Shown here: in pieces, positions 41,752-58,764 of the stretch
Layout: every line of letters begins with the position of its first letter
Position numbering within the stretch: position 1 is the first letter of the stretch
Assembly: GCF_009914755.1 (NCBI RefSeq)
Contig: NC_060928.1
Reading direction: 5' to 3' (one strand)
DNA from: the human T2T-CHM13v2.0 reference genome, Homo sapiens
DNA length: 64,000 nt
Position numbers and translations under genes: made by a program
Notes under the pieces: generated by a model
What the model saw: only the letters and a program-made list of their open reading frames with translations
The model's database searches: none
Told to the model about the DNA's origin: nothing

Positions 41752-44700
41752 GATTTTGGTACTGAGAGTGGTTCTGGAGGAACAGAATCTTAGGGATGAG
41801 TTTTCTGAATTGGTTCTGGGGTTCCTGGGATTGTTTCTCTAATATGACCAGATTTAAAGACACTAATGACTCCATCGCCAGTAGTAATGAGGAAACTGAG
41901 TCCACGTTATCATGTGGAAACAGAGATGTGCAAAATATTGCCGTTGATTCAGCTGGTTGCTCCTAATTCAACTTGACAAAGTGGGAAAAGAAGAGATTGA
42001 GCTTAGGTGTTCATAAATTTCCAGCTTTGAAACTGGATAAATGACCAGAAAGTTTCTATGTCTGCCCTGATAGAAAACCTTATATCTGTAGCTGCAGAGC
42101 CGAGATTTCTAAAAAAAAAAACAAACAAACAAAAGGTGAGTCTCATCCTGTGAGTGGCTGAATTACAAACTAAATTGAATTCACAAGCTCACAGGTGTCT
42201 GCTGTTAAAATGAAGGCATTTACTGTGAAGGAATGAGCTCCTAAAAATTGAGATAGAGATATATGGACAGATCCTGATTAAGCTGGGGATATTGGACCCC
42301 TAAATTCTAATGCATCCTCTTTGAGAGTAAAAGCAGCTACTCTATTGCCATCTGGGGAGGTCAACCCTGCTTTGCCTAAGGAACCTGTAGTGGCCTCTCC
42401 TGAAGTAGTTGCCTTGCAAGAGACTGCTGATTCTCCTCAGGACTCACCCTTCCCACCTGTCCTTGCTTCTAGATTTATAAGTAGACTCCTAGTCTTATAT
42501 AAGATCTATAAGTAGACTATGGATAGATCTTATATAAGATCTATAAGTCCCAGCAGGTCTCAAAAGATGAAGTAAAAGTGTGACCCCTAGGGAAGTATGC
42601 TATACTTCCAATGAACTATTTGAGTTTTCTAGTTTACATACACAGAAATCTGGGGAATATGTGTGGAGATGGTATTTAGAGTGTGAGATAATAGAGGAAG
42701 GAGCATAACATTAGACCAGGTAGAATTTATCAATACGGGTCCGCTAAGAAAGCATTCTAGATTCAACATGGTAGCTTGAGAGATTGAAAAGGGCCCTGAC
42801 AGTTTGACTGGTAAGCTGAAATGTGGACCAAAAGATAGCCTACACTACATGCCAGAACTGCCTTGAGATACTGTGAAGTGTTTTATCACAAGGCTTAGGA
42901 AAATTGAAATTATATGGTGGATTTAAATAAGATCTGATCATTGACCCTGGAAGGACACGGAGTTCAAGATGGTGAAGAATCAATTTAGAGGGGAACCCTA
43001 TGCCCTCAAAGAGTTCTATGGACAGTCTTCTCTGTAGGTCAGAAATTAAAGTGAATTGCTGACACTGAACTTGGATCCTTAAATGCAATGGGAATAATTG
43101 AATTCTGGAGTAGCAGGTGCCAACTGATGGCATTTAATCACTAAAGACAAGGTGGGCATGGTTACCATAATGAACAGCAGAGTCAAAGCAGAAATCAGAA
43201 TAATTCGATTCACAGAGACCTATGACAATGGATAATTGATCATTGGTGTTCCTACAGTGAAATAAATAGGCTGTCTACTAATCTTACTTGATCGATATGA
43301 GCAGAGAAGTTCCAGGTCAATTGAAAAGATGTCTAACTTGAATCATCCAAACAGAAAACTATATCCCCTCATCAATTATCATATTTGAGCCTGTTTACAG
43401 ACCCAGAACCCCTTGAATGAAGGAGAAGCTGGGTCTCCCTGATTTGGAATTTGGAATTTGGAATCCTACTATACTTCCAAATTTTATGTATTTTGTATTT
43501 ATATATTTATGTATTTTGGTGTTCCCCAAGGACTCTTTTACCAGGTGACTGTGCACTGTGGAAAAGGAAATAATCAGACTTTTTGAGGATTATGTGACAT
43601 TTTATCTCTGAAGTGGCCCTAGTTTCAGGAATGCAAAATGTTACCATGTTCCACCACTCAGAGTAGGAACTTACAGAGGTCTGATGATCAATGGAGTTTT
43701 AACTCAGGTCCACCTCTTAGTAGGCCAAGTGAATCCTTAAACCCATCTTGTCAAAGTGGTTATTTCTCCAATTCTGGAATGGATAATTGGAATAGGCATA
43801 ACCAGCAACTAACAGAATACTCAAATTGGTTCTTTGACCGGTGCAGTGAGGGCCCTTACAGTAACAAGGACCAAGTGGAAGCCAGTAGACCTGTCCCTAC
43901 ATAGGAAAATGGTAAACCAGGAACAATACTGCATTTTTGGAGGGATTTCAGAGATTAAGACTTGAAGGATAGAGGACTGGTGATCCTGCCATATCACTGT
44001 TCAACTCACTTATTGGGCCATGCACAAAACAGATGAATCTTGGGGAGAATTACAATGAATTATTATAATCTTAACCAAATGGTAACTCCAGCTGTAACTG
44101 TTGTTTCAGATGTGACTTCAGTGCTTGAGCAAATTAACACATTTCTTGGAACCTAGTATGCAGCTATTGATCTAGCCAACAATGTTTTTTTAATCATACC
44201 TTCTAGTAAAGAGTATGAGAAACATTTGCTTTCAGCTGGCAACACCTTTACTGTTGTATATTAGGAAATACCAACTCTTAAGCCCTACATTATAACTTCA
44301 CTTACAGAGAATTTGGTAATCTTTCTCTTCCACAAAATATCACACTGGTCTATTACATTGATGGCATTATGCTGATTGAAACTGGTGAGCAAGAGGTAGC
44401 AGCTAAACTAGATTTATTGATTGATAGGACATTTGCATGTCAGAGGGTAGGAAATAAATCTGACAATAACCCAGGAGTTTTTTATTTCAGTGAAATTTCT
44501 AGGGGTCCAGTGAGGAGTGTGGGCCATGTGGAGATCTCCCTTCTTGGTGAAGGTAAGATGAAAAATAAGTTGTATCTAGCCCCATCTGTAACCAAAAAAA
44601 AAAAAGAGTGGAACTATTTGCATTTTAGAGGGAACATATTCCTCATTTGGATTAAATATGCCACTCCAGCCCATTTCGTGAGTAACCAGAAAAGCTGCTA

Positions 44701-45720
44701 GTTTTGAATGGGGCCCAGAATAAAAGAAGGGTTTGTAACAAGTCCACACTGCCACAGAAGCTTCTTTGCCACTTGAGCCATGTGATACAGCAGATTTAAC
44801 AGTGCTTGAAGTGTCAGTGACTTTTGAAGCCTTCAGTAGGCCCTTGTAGGTGAACCACAGCACAAACTCTTAGGATTCGGGGACAAAGCATTGTCATTCC
44901 TCTTTGAGTAGCTACGCTTCTCTTCAGAAACAGCTTTTGGACTACTACTGGGCCTTAGTAGCCAAATGTTTAACCATAGGCCACTAAGTTACCATATAAC
45001 TTGAGCTGTCTATCATGAACTGAGTTATATCTGAATCATCAAGCAATAAAGGTGGGCATGCACAGCAGCACTCTCTCATCCAATGGAAGTGACATATATG
45101 AGATTGGGCTTGAGTAAGCCCTGAAGGCACAAATAAGTTACACAATGCAGTGACACAAATACCCATAGTCTTTGCTTCTGTTACATTATCTTCTGTCACC
45201 CAGCCTAAACCTGTGATCTCTTGGGGAGTTTCCCACCATCAGTTGACTAAGAAAGAGAAAAACTTGGGCTTGGTTTACAGACGGTTCTGTGCAATATGCA
45301 GGTGCCATTCAAAATTGAACAGCTGTGGCACTATAGCTCCCTTCTGAGACTCCTTGGACAATGGTGAAGGGGAATTCTTCCAGTAGAAAGAACTTCAAGC
45401 AGTGCATCTGGTTGTTCATTTTGCTTAGAAGAAGAAATGACTGTAAATACAATTCAATATTGCTTGATACTGTGGCTAATGGTTTGGCTGGATAGTCTGG
45501 AACCAAGGAATATAATTGGAAAACTGAAAAAAAAATAGTGACATGGAAATTTGGCAAGAGGTAAGTGAACAGATTTTTATGAATGGGCAAAAACATGATA
45601 TTTATGTTCCATGTGAATATTCACCAGTGGATGATCTTGGCAAAGGAAGGTTTAATAATCAGGTAGATAGGATGACCTATTCTGTGGATACCAGTCATCC
45701 TCTTTCCCTGGACACTCCAT
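41752..45720 (+). pseudogene. ERVL internal region: degraded gag-pro-pol (RT, RNase H), 3'-truncated
   Basis: RT motifs AAIDLA (44160) and YYIDGIMLI (44351, YIDD degenerated), RNase H AWFTDGS (45268). Many stops and frameshifts. Confidence 0.88.
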
Positions 45721-46723
45721 TATTTCTTCAAATACTGTCTGTACTCCATTTTCTCTCCTTCTTCAGGATTACAATAAAATGTATGTAAGCCTTTTCCCAC
45801 TCTCTCTTTCCTATCTCTTAACCACTCTGCTCTATTTTTTTTCTTTTTTCTTTTTCTTGTTTTTTGGTGTCATCATTATAATTTATGGATACTTTCTTTT
45901 AACCTATCCTCAAATTCACTACTAATTATCTTTTCTGTTTTTACAGTATACTGTCATACCTATCCATTGAGGTTTTCCATTTCAGTGATGTATTTTTCAG
46001 TTCTTAAAGTTTTCTTGATTCCTTTTCAAATGTTCTGTGTCACTACATATAAATTCTCTCACACATGTAGCTTCAAGTTTCTTTTTTCTTCTTTTATGTA
46101 TAGTGAACATCATTTTAGTAAGATGTCTGGTAATGGCAATATTTGCAGTCTTTATTTTCTTCTGCTTATTGTTTCTGCTGTTTATTGCTTACACGACTTA
46201 TTTCCTTGTATGCTTGGTTATCTTTAATTGTATGCTGCTTGTCGTAATTGAAAAAAATATTTATGGGGATTCCTTGAGGCTTAGGATATATGTCCCTTCC
46301 CCTAGAAATGATTAGCATTTGTTTCTCTCAGCTGTTTAGGAGCACTATTAGTTCAATACTACTCTAAATTTATAGCTTATGGTTTCTTGGAACACAATGC
46401 TAAAAAGAAAAATGTGGGCTGCAGATACAGCAGCCATGGTTATAATATCTCAAGATAGTTTTCTTAGTGTACAGTCTCTCCAATCTGCTTGCTGCCAATG
46501 TAAATTTTCTGCAGATCTGTGGTTTGGTGGATCTAGTTCTGTCTTACCCTGAAGGCATAGTGATTTAGGGTGCAAGCTTACCCTAAAAGTATAGTGTATT
46601 GTGGTGCCAGCTTTAAGGTAAGTGGTTTCTTTTTACATTTTCTATCTTTAGCAGACCCTTAACTAAGATTTCTGCCCCCTTACTCTGTAAGTTCATCAAG
46701 ATCATAGCTCAGTTTTATAGTTT
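45721..46723 (-). mobile_element. Ancient L1M ORF1/5' region
   Basis: ttatttcttcaaatactgtctg...ccattgaggttttccatttcagtgatgtatttttcagttct is typical antisense old-L1 ORF1 sequence. Confidence 0.6.
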
Positions 46724-47086
46724 TGTTTTAATCATTTCAGGCTGTTATAACAAAGTACCACAGACTGGGTGGCTTATACACAACAGAAATTTATTGCTCA
46801 CAGTTCTGGAGGCTTGAAGTACAGAGCTAAGCCTGTGACAGATCGATGTTTGCTAAGGGACCACTTTCTGGTTTATGATTAATTGTCTTTTCACTGTGTC
46901 CTCGTGGTGGAAGGAACTAGGGATCTCTCTGGGTTCTCTTTTATAAGAGCCCTAATCCCATTCAGGAGAGCTCCACCCTCCTGACCTAAGCACCTCCCAA
47001 AGGCACCATCTCCTAATACCGTCACATTGGGCATAAGATTTCAACATATGGACTTTGGGAGGAACACAGACATTTAGTTCATAGCA
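46724..47086 (-). mobile_element. MLT1A MaLR solo LTR
   Basis: TG...CA ends, ataacaaagtaccacagactgggtggctta. 5-bp flanks agttt / agttc. Confidence 0.9.
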
Positions 47087-48117
47087 AGTTCATTTAATCC
47101 TGGATAAAGGACTTCTGGACCAAAGCAGGCTTTGAGTGTCCATTTGACCACTCTGGGTTCTTTTTTTCTCATATGTTTTGAGCTGGCAATTATTTACTAT
47201 ATTGTAAGCTTTTCAACATTAAGAAAATATTTTATGCAATATTTTTCCTTGTTTTTGGTCTAGGGGTGTGTGTGTTTGTGTCTGTGTGTTTATGTGTGTA
47301 AGTAACCTAGACTGCCATGACTAAACAATAAAAGTATTTTTCTTTTTCAAGCATGTTAAATTTGAGTTTAGGAAAAGTTGAAACTTTTCATGCAGCCATG
47401 AAGAGCTGGCAATCATAGGCTCCTAAGCTGTCATTCTATATTGTAAACCAATGGTGCTGTTCAGGTGATTTTCCTTTAAAATGAATTTTTCTGGCATTTT
47501 AAATGGTAACTGTAGTGAGTAGGAGAAGTCTAAAAAATCCAAGTTAAGACTAAAAATAAAATAAACCATTCTAATATGTCCTAGCATGGCACTAAATTGA
47601 TAAATAAGAGTGTAGATGGCTCTTTGGAGCCAGAGGCAATTATATACTGTAAGTAACACTGAATATGTAGGTTTGAAATCCAACTAGTGAGCTCTGTCAC
47701 TCTGATGAAAGAGTTATTCTCGTGATCGCAGAGCAGGAAAAGGATTCACATTAAATGATGATTGCATGAAATTCTGTATCATTCATACTTTTCACGGTGA
47801 GTTGAATAATTAAATTTAGAACGTGGTCATTTCATATGTATTATAGTATCACTGCCTATAACTATCAGAAAGAAGTCTTGGTTAATATATGAAACATATC
47901 TGACCTTTACTATAGTTTTGCTTTTAATTCATTTCTACATATAAAGAATTTGGCAAAGAGTTACAAAACAGCTAATAAAATAATAGAAATAAAAACTTAC
48001 AACTCAGGGTAAAAGGCTAAGGAAACAAGGGATTATTTTGGGGGAAGAAGTGGGTGAGGGAAATAACAGCATTTATCTGAGAAGAGATATTAGTAGAGAA
48101 TTATTTTTCCTTTGAAT

Positions 48118-48280
48118 GTACTAGTTCTCAAACCTGGCCTTATTTTGAAATCACCTGGGGAGCTTTGAAATATATTGATGCCTTAGCCTTATCCCCAGCG
48201 GTTTTGATTTAACTGGCCTGGGATATGACCTGAACATCAGGAATTTTAAAAACTCTTTGTGTGATTCTATTGTGCAAGAA
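48118..48280. mobile_element. MER5A-type hAT-Charlie element
   Basis: gttctcaaac...aatcacctggggagcttt...gtgattctattgtgca. Confidence 0.75.
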
Positions 48281-48450
48281 ATAATTCACTTTAAGATTAT
48301 TTTATGAAGGAAATTCCTGTACTAAAATAAATCAATTTATGAAACTTAAGTTTAACTCTCCTGGTATTCAGATATACCATGACGTGGAAAGTAATAGAAG
48401 ATAAAATTTCTGCATTTTCACTGTAACAAGAACAAAAGAAATAGTGCTTC

Positions 48451-48871
<421 letters not shown>

Positions 48872-48904
48872 TCATACTAACTCCAGGCAGTTTTCCCTCT
48901 TAGG

Positions 48905-49190
48905 CTCTAAATTTAGACAGAACTGGGTTTGAATTTCTACTACCAGATTTACTAGCTGTACAACCCTTGGGGAAATTAAATTCCCCATGACTTAGTTTCA
49001 TCATTCATTCAGTTGTGAAACAAATATTTATCAAATGATATCAGGAAGGCACTGCACAAAGTACTGAGCATACAGCAATGAACAAAATAGTGTACCAAAT
49101 GGGATTGCAAACCTTTCTTATCAGGTTATTTGCAAGGATAACATGAGAAGCATATGTAAGGTAGTTAGGAGAGTACCTAGTTATTATTAT
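48905..49190 (+). mobile_element. MIR split by an antisense L2 3' end (about 49000-49090)
   Basis: ctgggtttgaatt...cttagtttc, then cattcattc...caaatatttat...tacagcaatgaacaaaa, then aaatgggat...catatgtaag. Confidence 0.65.
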
Positions 49191-50390
49191 TATAAAAATT
49201 AAACAAATACTTAGAATTATTTATAGTATTGTTTCAAAGGGGTAGGTAAAATTAAATTATAATTAAAATCAATGACAATTTTTATTAATGGCCTGTAATG
49301 ATGATTACAACTTTTTGATACCCTCCGTCTTTCAAATAGGACTTAAACAAAAAAACAGAGTATAGGTAACCCCTCAAAGCAAGAAATAAGAACAACAAAA
49401 ACACAAAACACATGATACATGTCTTGGGACACTGAGCAAACCAGATGGCTCAAAAACACACTAGAGACCATTCCTAGCATGTTCCACACAGGAAGTAATG
49501 AATCACTGCTCTGCTGAATCTCTTTCATTTCTTAGAAAAGAAAATGTCACTGATAAAAAGAAATAAAATCTATTTATGTGAACTCTACATCCCAAAGCAT
49601 TAGCACAGAAATGTGAAGCTGAATGGCTGATTTAGGAAGAGTGTGTCTACCGTATTAAAATGTAGAGCATTCCCCTTAAATAGAACGTACTTTGAATAAA
49701 GCAAAAAAAGCAGAAAAGTACACAGAAACATCTGTATTATCCTTTAAGATGTGGCGAAATACTTCTAACTGAATAGAACTTTGGAATAGAAATCTGTTAC
49801 ATAAAATCAACAAATATTTACAGAGATTTTTATTACCCACCAGGACTGGGAACATTGGAAATGTAAACCATCTACAGATATCAAAATCTATCCTATAGTT
49901 GGGCATTTAAACTTTCAAGGAAAATCTGTGCTAGAGCTATTAATACAGGGAAAACATTAGAATTTTCTTCAGATTATTATAGCTCCTGGCATTTAGTACA
50001 TTCTTGTCAGCATTATTTTCTCCTCCCTCTCTTCATTGCCTTTGTATGCTGTCTCTGGGGTAGCCTCACCCATGCAGTAAATGATGCCAGGAAGGTCACG
50101 GGCAGACGGATACTTCACCTAAATTTTGACTCTTTCCTCAAGGTCTCCTGTGCCAGTAAATTGTGCAGCAAAAAGGACCAATTGACATTCACCTACTCTT
50201 CCATTTGCTTTCTTAAAGGCCTGCCTGTGCACAGTCAACGGGAAATGGCCCTCCAGTTAATCTAATTTAGTTGTTAAATTGACAAAAAGTCTCCAGTCTG
50301 AACACTCTCAGGCCCATGTTTTATGGTGCAGAGATATGCTCTGACTTCCTGATCTTGCTGATCAGGGTAATACAGTCTACATTAGGAAGT

Positions 50391-50782
50391 TGTTAAGGAC
50401 TAAATTGAGAACCTCTGAAATTCATATGTTTAAGCCCTAACTACAAAGTGACTGTATTTGGAGACAGGGCCTCTAGAGAGGTAATTAAGGTGAAATGAAG
50501 CCGTAAGGATGCTGCTGTAATCCAACAGGGCTGGTGTCTTTATAAGGAGAAGGAGAGACACTAGATTGTCCCTTTCTCTGCATTAGCACAGTGGAAAAAC
50601 CATGTGAGGGCCCAGAAAGAAGGTGGCTGTCTGCAAGTCAGGAAGAGAGGCCTCACTAGATACCACTTTTGGCATCTTCACCTTGGACTTCCATCCCCCA
50701 GAATTGTGAGAAAATCAGTGTCTGTTGTCAAAGCCACCCAGTCTGTGGTATTTTGTAATGGCAGCCTGAGGAGACCCATATA
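50391..50782 (+). mobile_element. MLT1A0/MLT1B MaLR solo LTR
   Basis: aaattcatatgtttaagccctaa...gtgactgtatttggagacagggcc...aagccacccagtctgtggtattttgt. Confidence 0.88.
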
Positions 50783-51421
50783 AAGGTCATAACTCTTCAT
50801 TTCAAATTCTGTTTTAAAACTGCTTACTCATTGAAATTAAAAATCAAATTTTTCAAAGATTATCTACATCAGTGACAAATTTTGCTGAATTCAGTTTACT
50901 GAATTATAATATAGTTTATATTAATTCAGTTCAGTTTACTGAAATATAATAAAGGAGGGAGAGTGACATACCAATTGTGTGGAATTATATTCAGACCAAC
51001 TTTTACTAATATAGATATTCTATAGAATAATATTTAAAATGAGAAGCAACTGACCTTACTTTGCTAAAATTGAATTACCTGTATGTTCTTGAGATGAGGT
51101 CAAAAGTAGAAAGCCTGGCAGCTATGCTATGCAACCAACCCTCTTTCCACCTGCACTCACTGGGCTGGTGGGCAGTGGGCGGGATCCATGTCTTTTTTTT
51201 TTTTAATTTTATTATTATTATACTTTAAGTTTTAGGGTACATGTGCACAATGTGCAGGTTTGTTACATATGTATACGTGTGCCATGTTGGTGTGCTGCAC
51301 CCATTAACTCGTCATTTAGCATTAGGTATATCTCCTAATGCTATCCCTCCCCCCTACCCCCACCCCACAACAGTCCCCGGAGTGTGATGTTCCCCTTCCT
51401 GTGTCCATGTGTTCTCATTGT

Positions 51422-55318
<3,897 letters not shown>

Positions 55319-55354
55319 TTAGTTGATGCAGTTTCTTCCTAGCCTTGGTGGTCT

Positions 55355-56372
55355 TTACATTTTGCCATGTTTTTCCAGTGGCTAGTACCAGTTGTTCCTT
55401 TCCATGTTTAGTGCTTCCTTCAGGAGCTCTTCTAGGGCAGGCCTGGTGGTGACAAAATCTCTCAGCATTTGCTTATCTGTAAAGGATTTTATTTCTCCTT
55501 CACTTATGAAGCTTAGTTTGGCTGGATATGAAATTCTGGGTTGAAAATTCTTTTCTTTAAGAATGTTGAATATTGGCCCCCACTCTCTTCTGGCTTGTAG
55601 AGTTTCTGCCGAGAGGTCCGCTGTTAGTCTGATGGGCTTCCCTTTGTGGGTAACCCGACCTTTCTCTCTGGCTGCTCTTAACATTTTTTCCTTCATTTCC
55701 ACTTTGGTGAATCTAACAATTATGTGTCTTGGAGTTGCTCTTCTCAAGGAGTATCTTTTTGGTGTTCTCTGTATTTCCTGAATCTGAACGTTGGCCTGCC
55801 TTGCTAGATTGGGGGAGTTCTCCTGGATAATATCCTGCAGAGTGTTTTCCAACTTGGTTCCATTCTCCCCGTCACTTTCAGGTACACCAATCAGATGTAG
55901 ATTTGGTCTTTTCACACAGTCCCATATTTCTTGGAGGCTTTGTTCATTTCTTTTTATTCTTTTTTCTCTAAACTTCCCTTCTCGCTTCGTTTCATTCATT
56001 TCATCTTCCATCACTGATACCCTTTCTTCCAGTTGATCGCATCGGCTACAGAGGTTTCTGCATTCTTCATGTAGTTCTCGAGCCTTGACTTTCAGCTCCA
56101 TCAGCTCCTTTAAGGACTTCTCTGCATTCGTTATTCTAGGTATCAATTTGTCTAATTTTTTTTTCACAGGTTTTAACTTCTTTGCCATTGGTTTGAATTT
56201 CCTCCTGTAGCTCACAGTAGTTTGATCATCTGAAGGCTTCTTCTCTCAACTCATCAAAGTCATTCTCCGTCCAGCTTTGTTCCGTTGCTGGTGAGGAGCT
56301 GCGTTCCTTTGGAGGAGGAGAGGGACTCTGCTTTGTAGAGTTTCCATTTTTTCTGCTCTGTTTTTTCCCCAG
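55355..56372 (-). pseudogene. L1 ORF1, disrupted
   Basis: RRM/CTD sequence (KRPNLHLIGVPE, YPAKLSF). Start codon appears changed to CTG at 56370-56372, frameshift in the A run near 56160, premature TAG at 55382. Confidence 0.93.
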
Positions 56373-56967
56373 TTTTGTGGTTTTATCTACTTTTGGTCTT
56401 TGATGATGGTGATGTACAGATGGGTTTTTGGTGTGGATGTCCTTTCTGTTTGTTAGTTTTCCTTCTAACAGACTGGACCCTCAGCTGCAGGTCTGTTGGA
56501 GTTTGCTAGAGGTCCACTCCAGACCCTGTTTGCCTGGGTATCAGCAGCAGTGGCTGCAGAACAGCGGTGGCTGTAGAACAGCAGATGTTGGTGATCTGCA
56601 AATGCCGCTGCCTGATTGTTTCTCTGGAAGTTTTGTCTCAGAGGAGTACCTGGCCGTGTGAGGTGTCAGTCTCCCCCTACTGGGGGCTGCCTCCCAGTTA
56701 TGCTGCTCTGGGGTTAGGGACCCACTTGAGGAGGCAGTCTGCCCATTCTCAGATCTCCAACTGAATGCTGGGAGAACCAGTACTCTCTTCAAAGCTGTCA
56801 GACAGGGACATTTAAGTCTGCAGAGGTTACTGCTGTCTTTTTGTTTGTCTGTGCCCTGCCCCCCCAGAGGTGGAGCCTACAGAGGCAGGCAGGCCTCCTT
56901 GAGCTGTGGTGGGCTCCACCCAGTTCTAGCTTCCAGGCTGCTTTGTTTACCTAAGCAAGCCTGGGCA

Positions 56968-57222
56968 ATGGCAGGCACCCCTCCCCCAGCCTCGCTGCCA
57001 CCTTGCAGTTTGATCTCAGTCTGCTGTGCTAGCAATCAGGGAGACTCCGTGGGCGTAGAACCCTCCAAGCCATGTGCGGGATATAATCTCCTGGTGTGCC
57101 GTTTTTTAAGCCCGTTAGAAAAGCTCAGTATTAGGGTTGGAGTGACCCAGTTTTCCAGGTGCCATCTCTCACCACTTTCTTTGACTAGGAAAGGGAACTC
57201 CTTGACCCCTTGCTCTTCTTGA
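56968..57222 (+). CDS. Candidate L1 antisense ORF0 (84 aa), expression unproven
   Basis: gcaATGg context, MAGTPPPASLPPCSLISVCCASNQGDSVGV...RVGVTQFSRC, homologous to described L1 ORF0, open to TGA. Confidence 0.45.
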   Translation: MAGTPPPASLPPCSLISVCCASNQGDSVGVEPSKPCAGYNLLVCRFLSPLEKLSIRVGVTQFSRCHLSPLSLTRKGNSLTPCSS

Positions 57223-57860
57223 GTGAGGCAATGCCTCACCCTGCTTTGGCTCATGCCCGGTGCACTGCACCCACTGTCCTGCACCCACTGTCTGGCACTC
57301 CTTAGTGAGATTAACCTGGTACCTCAGATGGAAATGCAGAAATCACCTGTCTTCTGCATTGCTCACTCTGGGTGCTGTAGACTGGAGCTGTTCCTATTCG
57401 GCCATCTTGGCTCCACCCCCGATCCATGTCTTTAAAGTGTTCCTCCTTCATAAACTATAATCCTCCCTCCCTGCTCCAACAAATCACCTCATGTTGTTTC
57501 CTTTCTATTCTTCATTCTTGATACCTTATTCAGTATTTTTTCTGTTTGTTATAAATAAATGAGAATAAAATTAAAAACAGAGACGGGATATTACAGTTCT
57601 TAAATGAAAAGATGTAGATTATTGCCCTTGTTTTTTTTTCAACCACTCTAAATGTTAAGAAGATAAACTTTTAAGGGCCTAATATTGTATCTTACAGTTA
57701 TGTACTTAATAAAACAGCAAATATTTATCAAAAACCTACTTTGTCTAAGAGTTAATAATATGTGCTGAATTTATTCTCCAGGAACTTTCTTATTATGTGG
57801 ATGTTAACATCTGTCATTGGGAAATAGGTTAGCGAGAAATGCAGAACTATGTTAGAGACC

Positions 57861-57863
<3 letters not shown>

Positions 57864-57907
<44 letters not shown>
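57864..57907. repeat. (AC)22 microsatellite
   Basis: Perfect dinucleotide run. Confidence 0.97.
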
Positions 57908-57909
<2 letters not shown>

Positions 57910-58343
57910 TATTTAAAGAAAACAAATAAATTAATACATGTTGACCTTAGTCTTCTGGCTTGTTAATGATCAAAGTAAAAAAATTAAAGAATTAAATTAC
58001 TTTTTGGCTTGGGCTTTCTCTTTTCATTTCCTGTAACGATCATTTCTGTCACTAAATCCAACCAATACTTCTCAATAGAGTCACAGTAGACAGAGGGAGT
58101 GGGACAAGTTGGAAATGTTTGGAACCAATCCAATTAAAAGTTATAGAAAAAAATTATGGCTTCACATTAAATTGGCAGATTCGCTTCTTACCTCATTTAA
58201 CCTCCCGCAAACTTTGAGAACTATACCCAGCTGCTGTTGCACCCATTAATTTTCAGTATTTGTCTAGTAATGAAGGTAGACTTGCAGATATTCCATTCTA
58301 AGAAACTTGAAAAGCACAGCTGATTCAAGGAAGATAGAGCTTT

Positions 58344-58764
58344 GTCCATTTACCCACTCACAAGGAGAAAAATACTGCATAATTTCATTCATGCAGAATC
58401 TAAAAATGTTTGTCTCATAGAACTAGAGAGTAGAATGATGGTAACCAGAGGCTATGGCAGTTGTAGGGGAAGAGGGGAAGTTGAGGAGCTGTTGGTCAAA
58501 GAATACTACATTTCAGTTAGATAGAAGGAGTAAGTTCAAGAGATCTATTGTACAACATGGTTAACTATAGTTAATAGCAATACATTGCATTCTTGAAAAC
58601 TATTGAAAGTGAATGTTCCCACCACAAAAATTGTAACTATGTGAGTTCATGCATATGTTAATTAGCTAGATTTAGTCATTCCACAATGTACATATACTTC
58701 AGAACATCATGTTGTATGTGATAAATGCACATCATTTTATCTATCAATTTAAAAAATAATAAAA
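58344..58764 (+). mobile_element. 5'-truncated L1MA (MA4-MA6-like) 3' end
   Basis: ctcatagaactagagagtagaatgatgg...taagttcaagagatctattgtacaacatgg...A tail. Duplication aaggaagatagagcttt / aaggaagatggagtttt. Confidence 0.88.
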
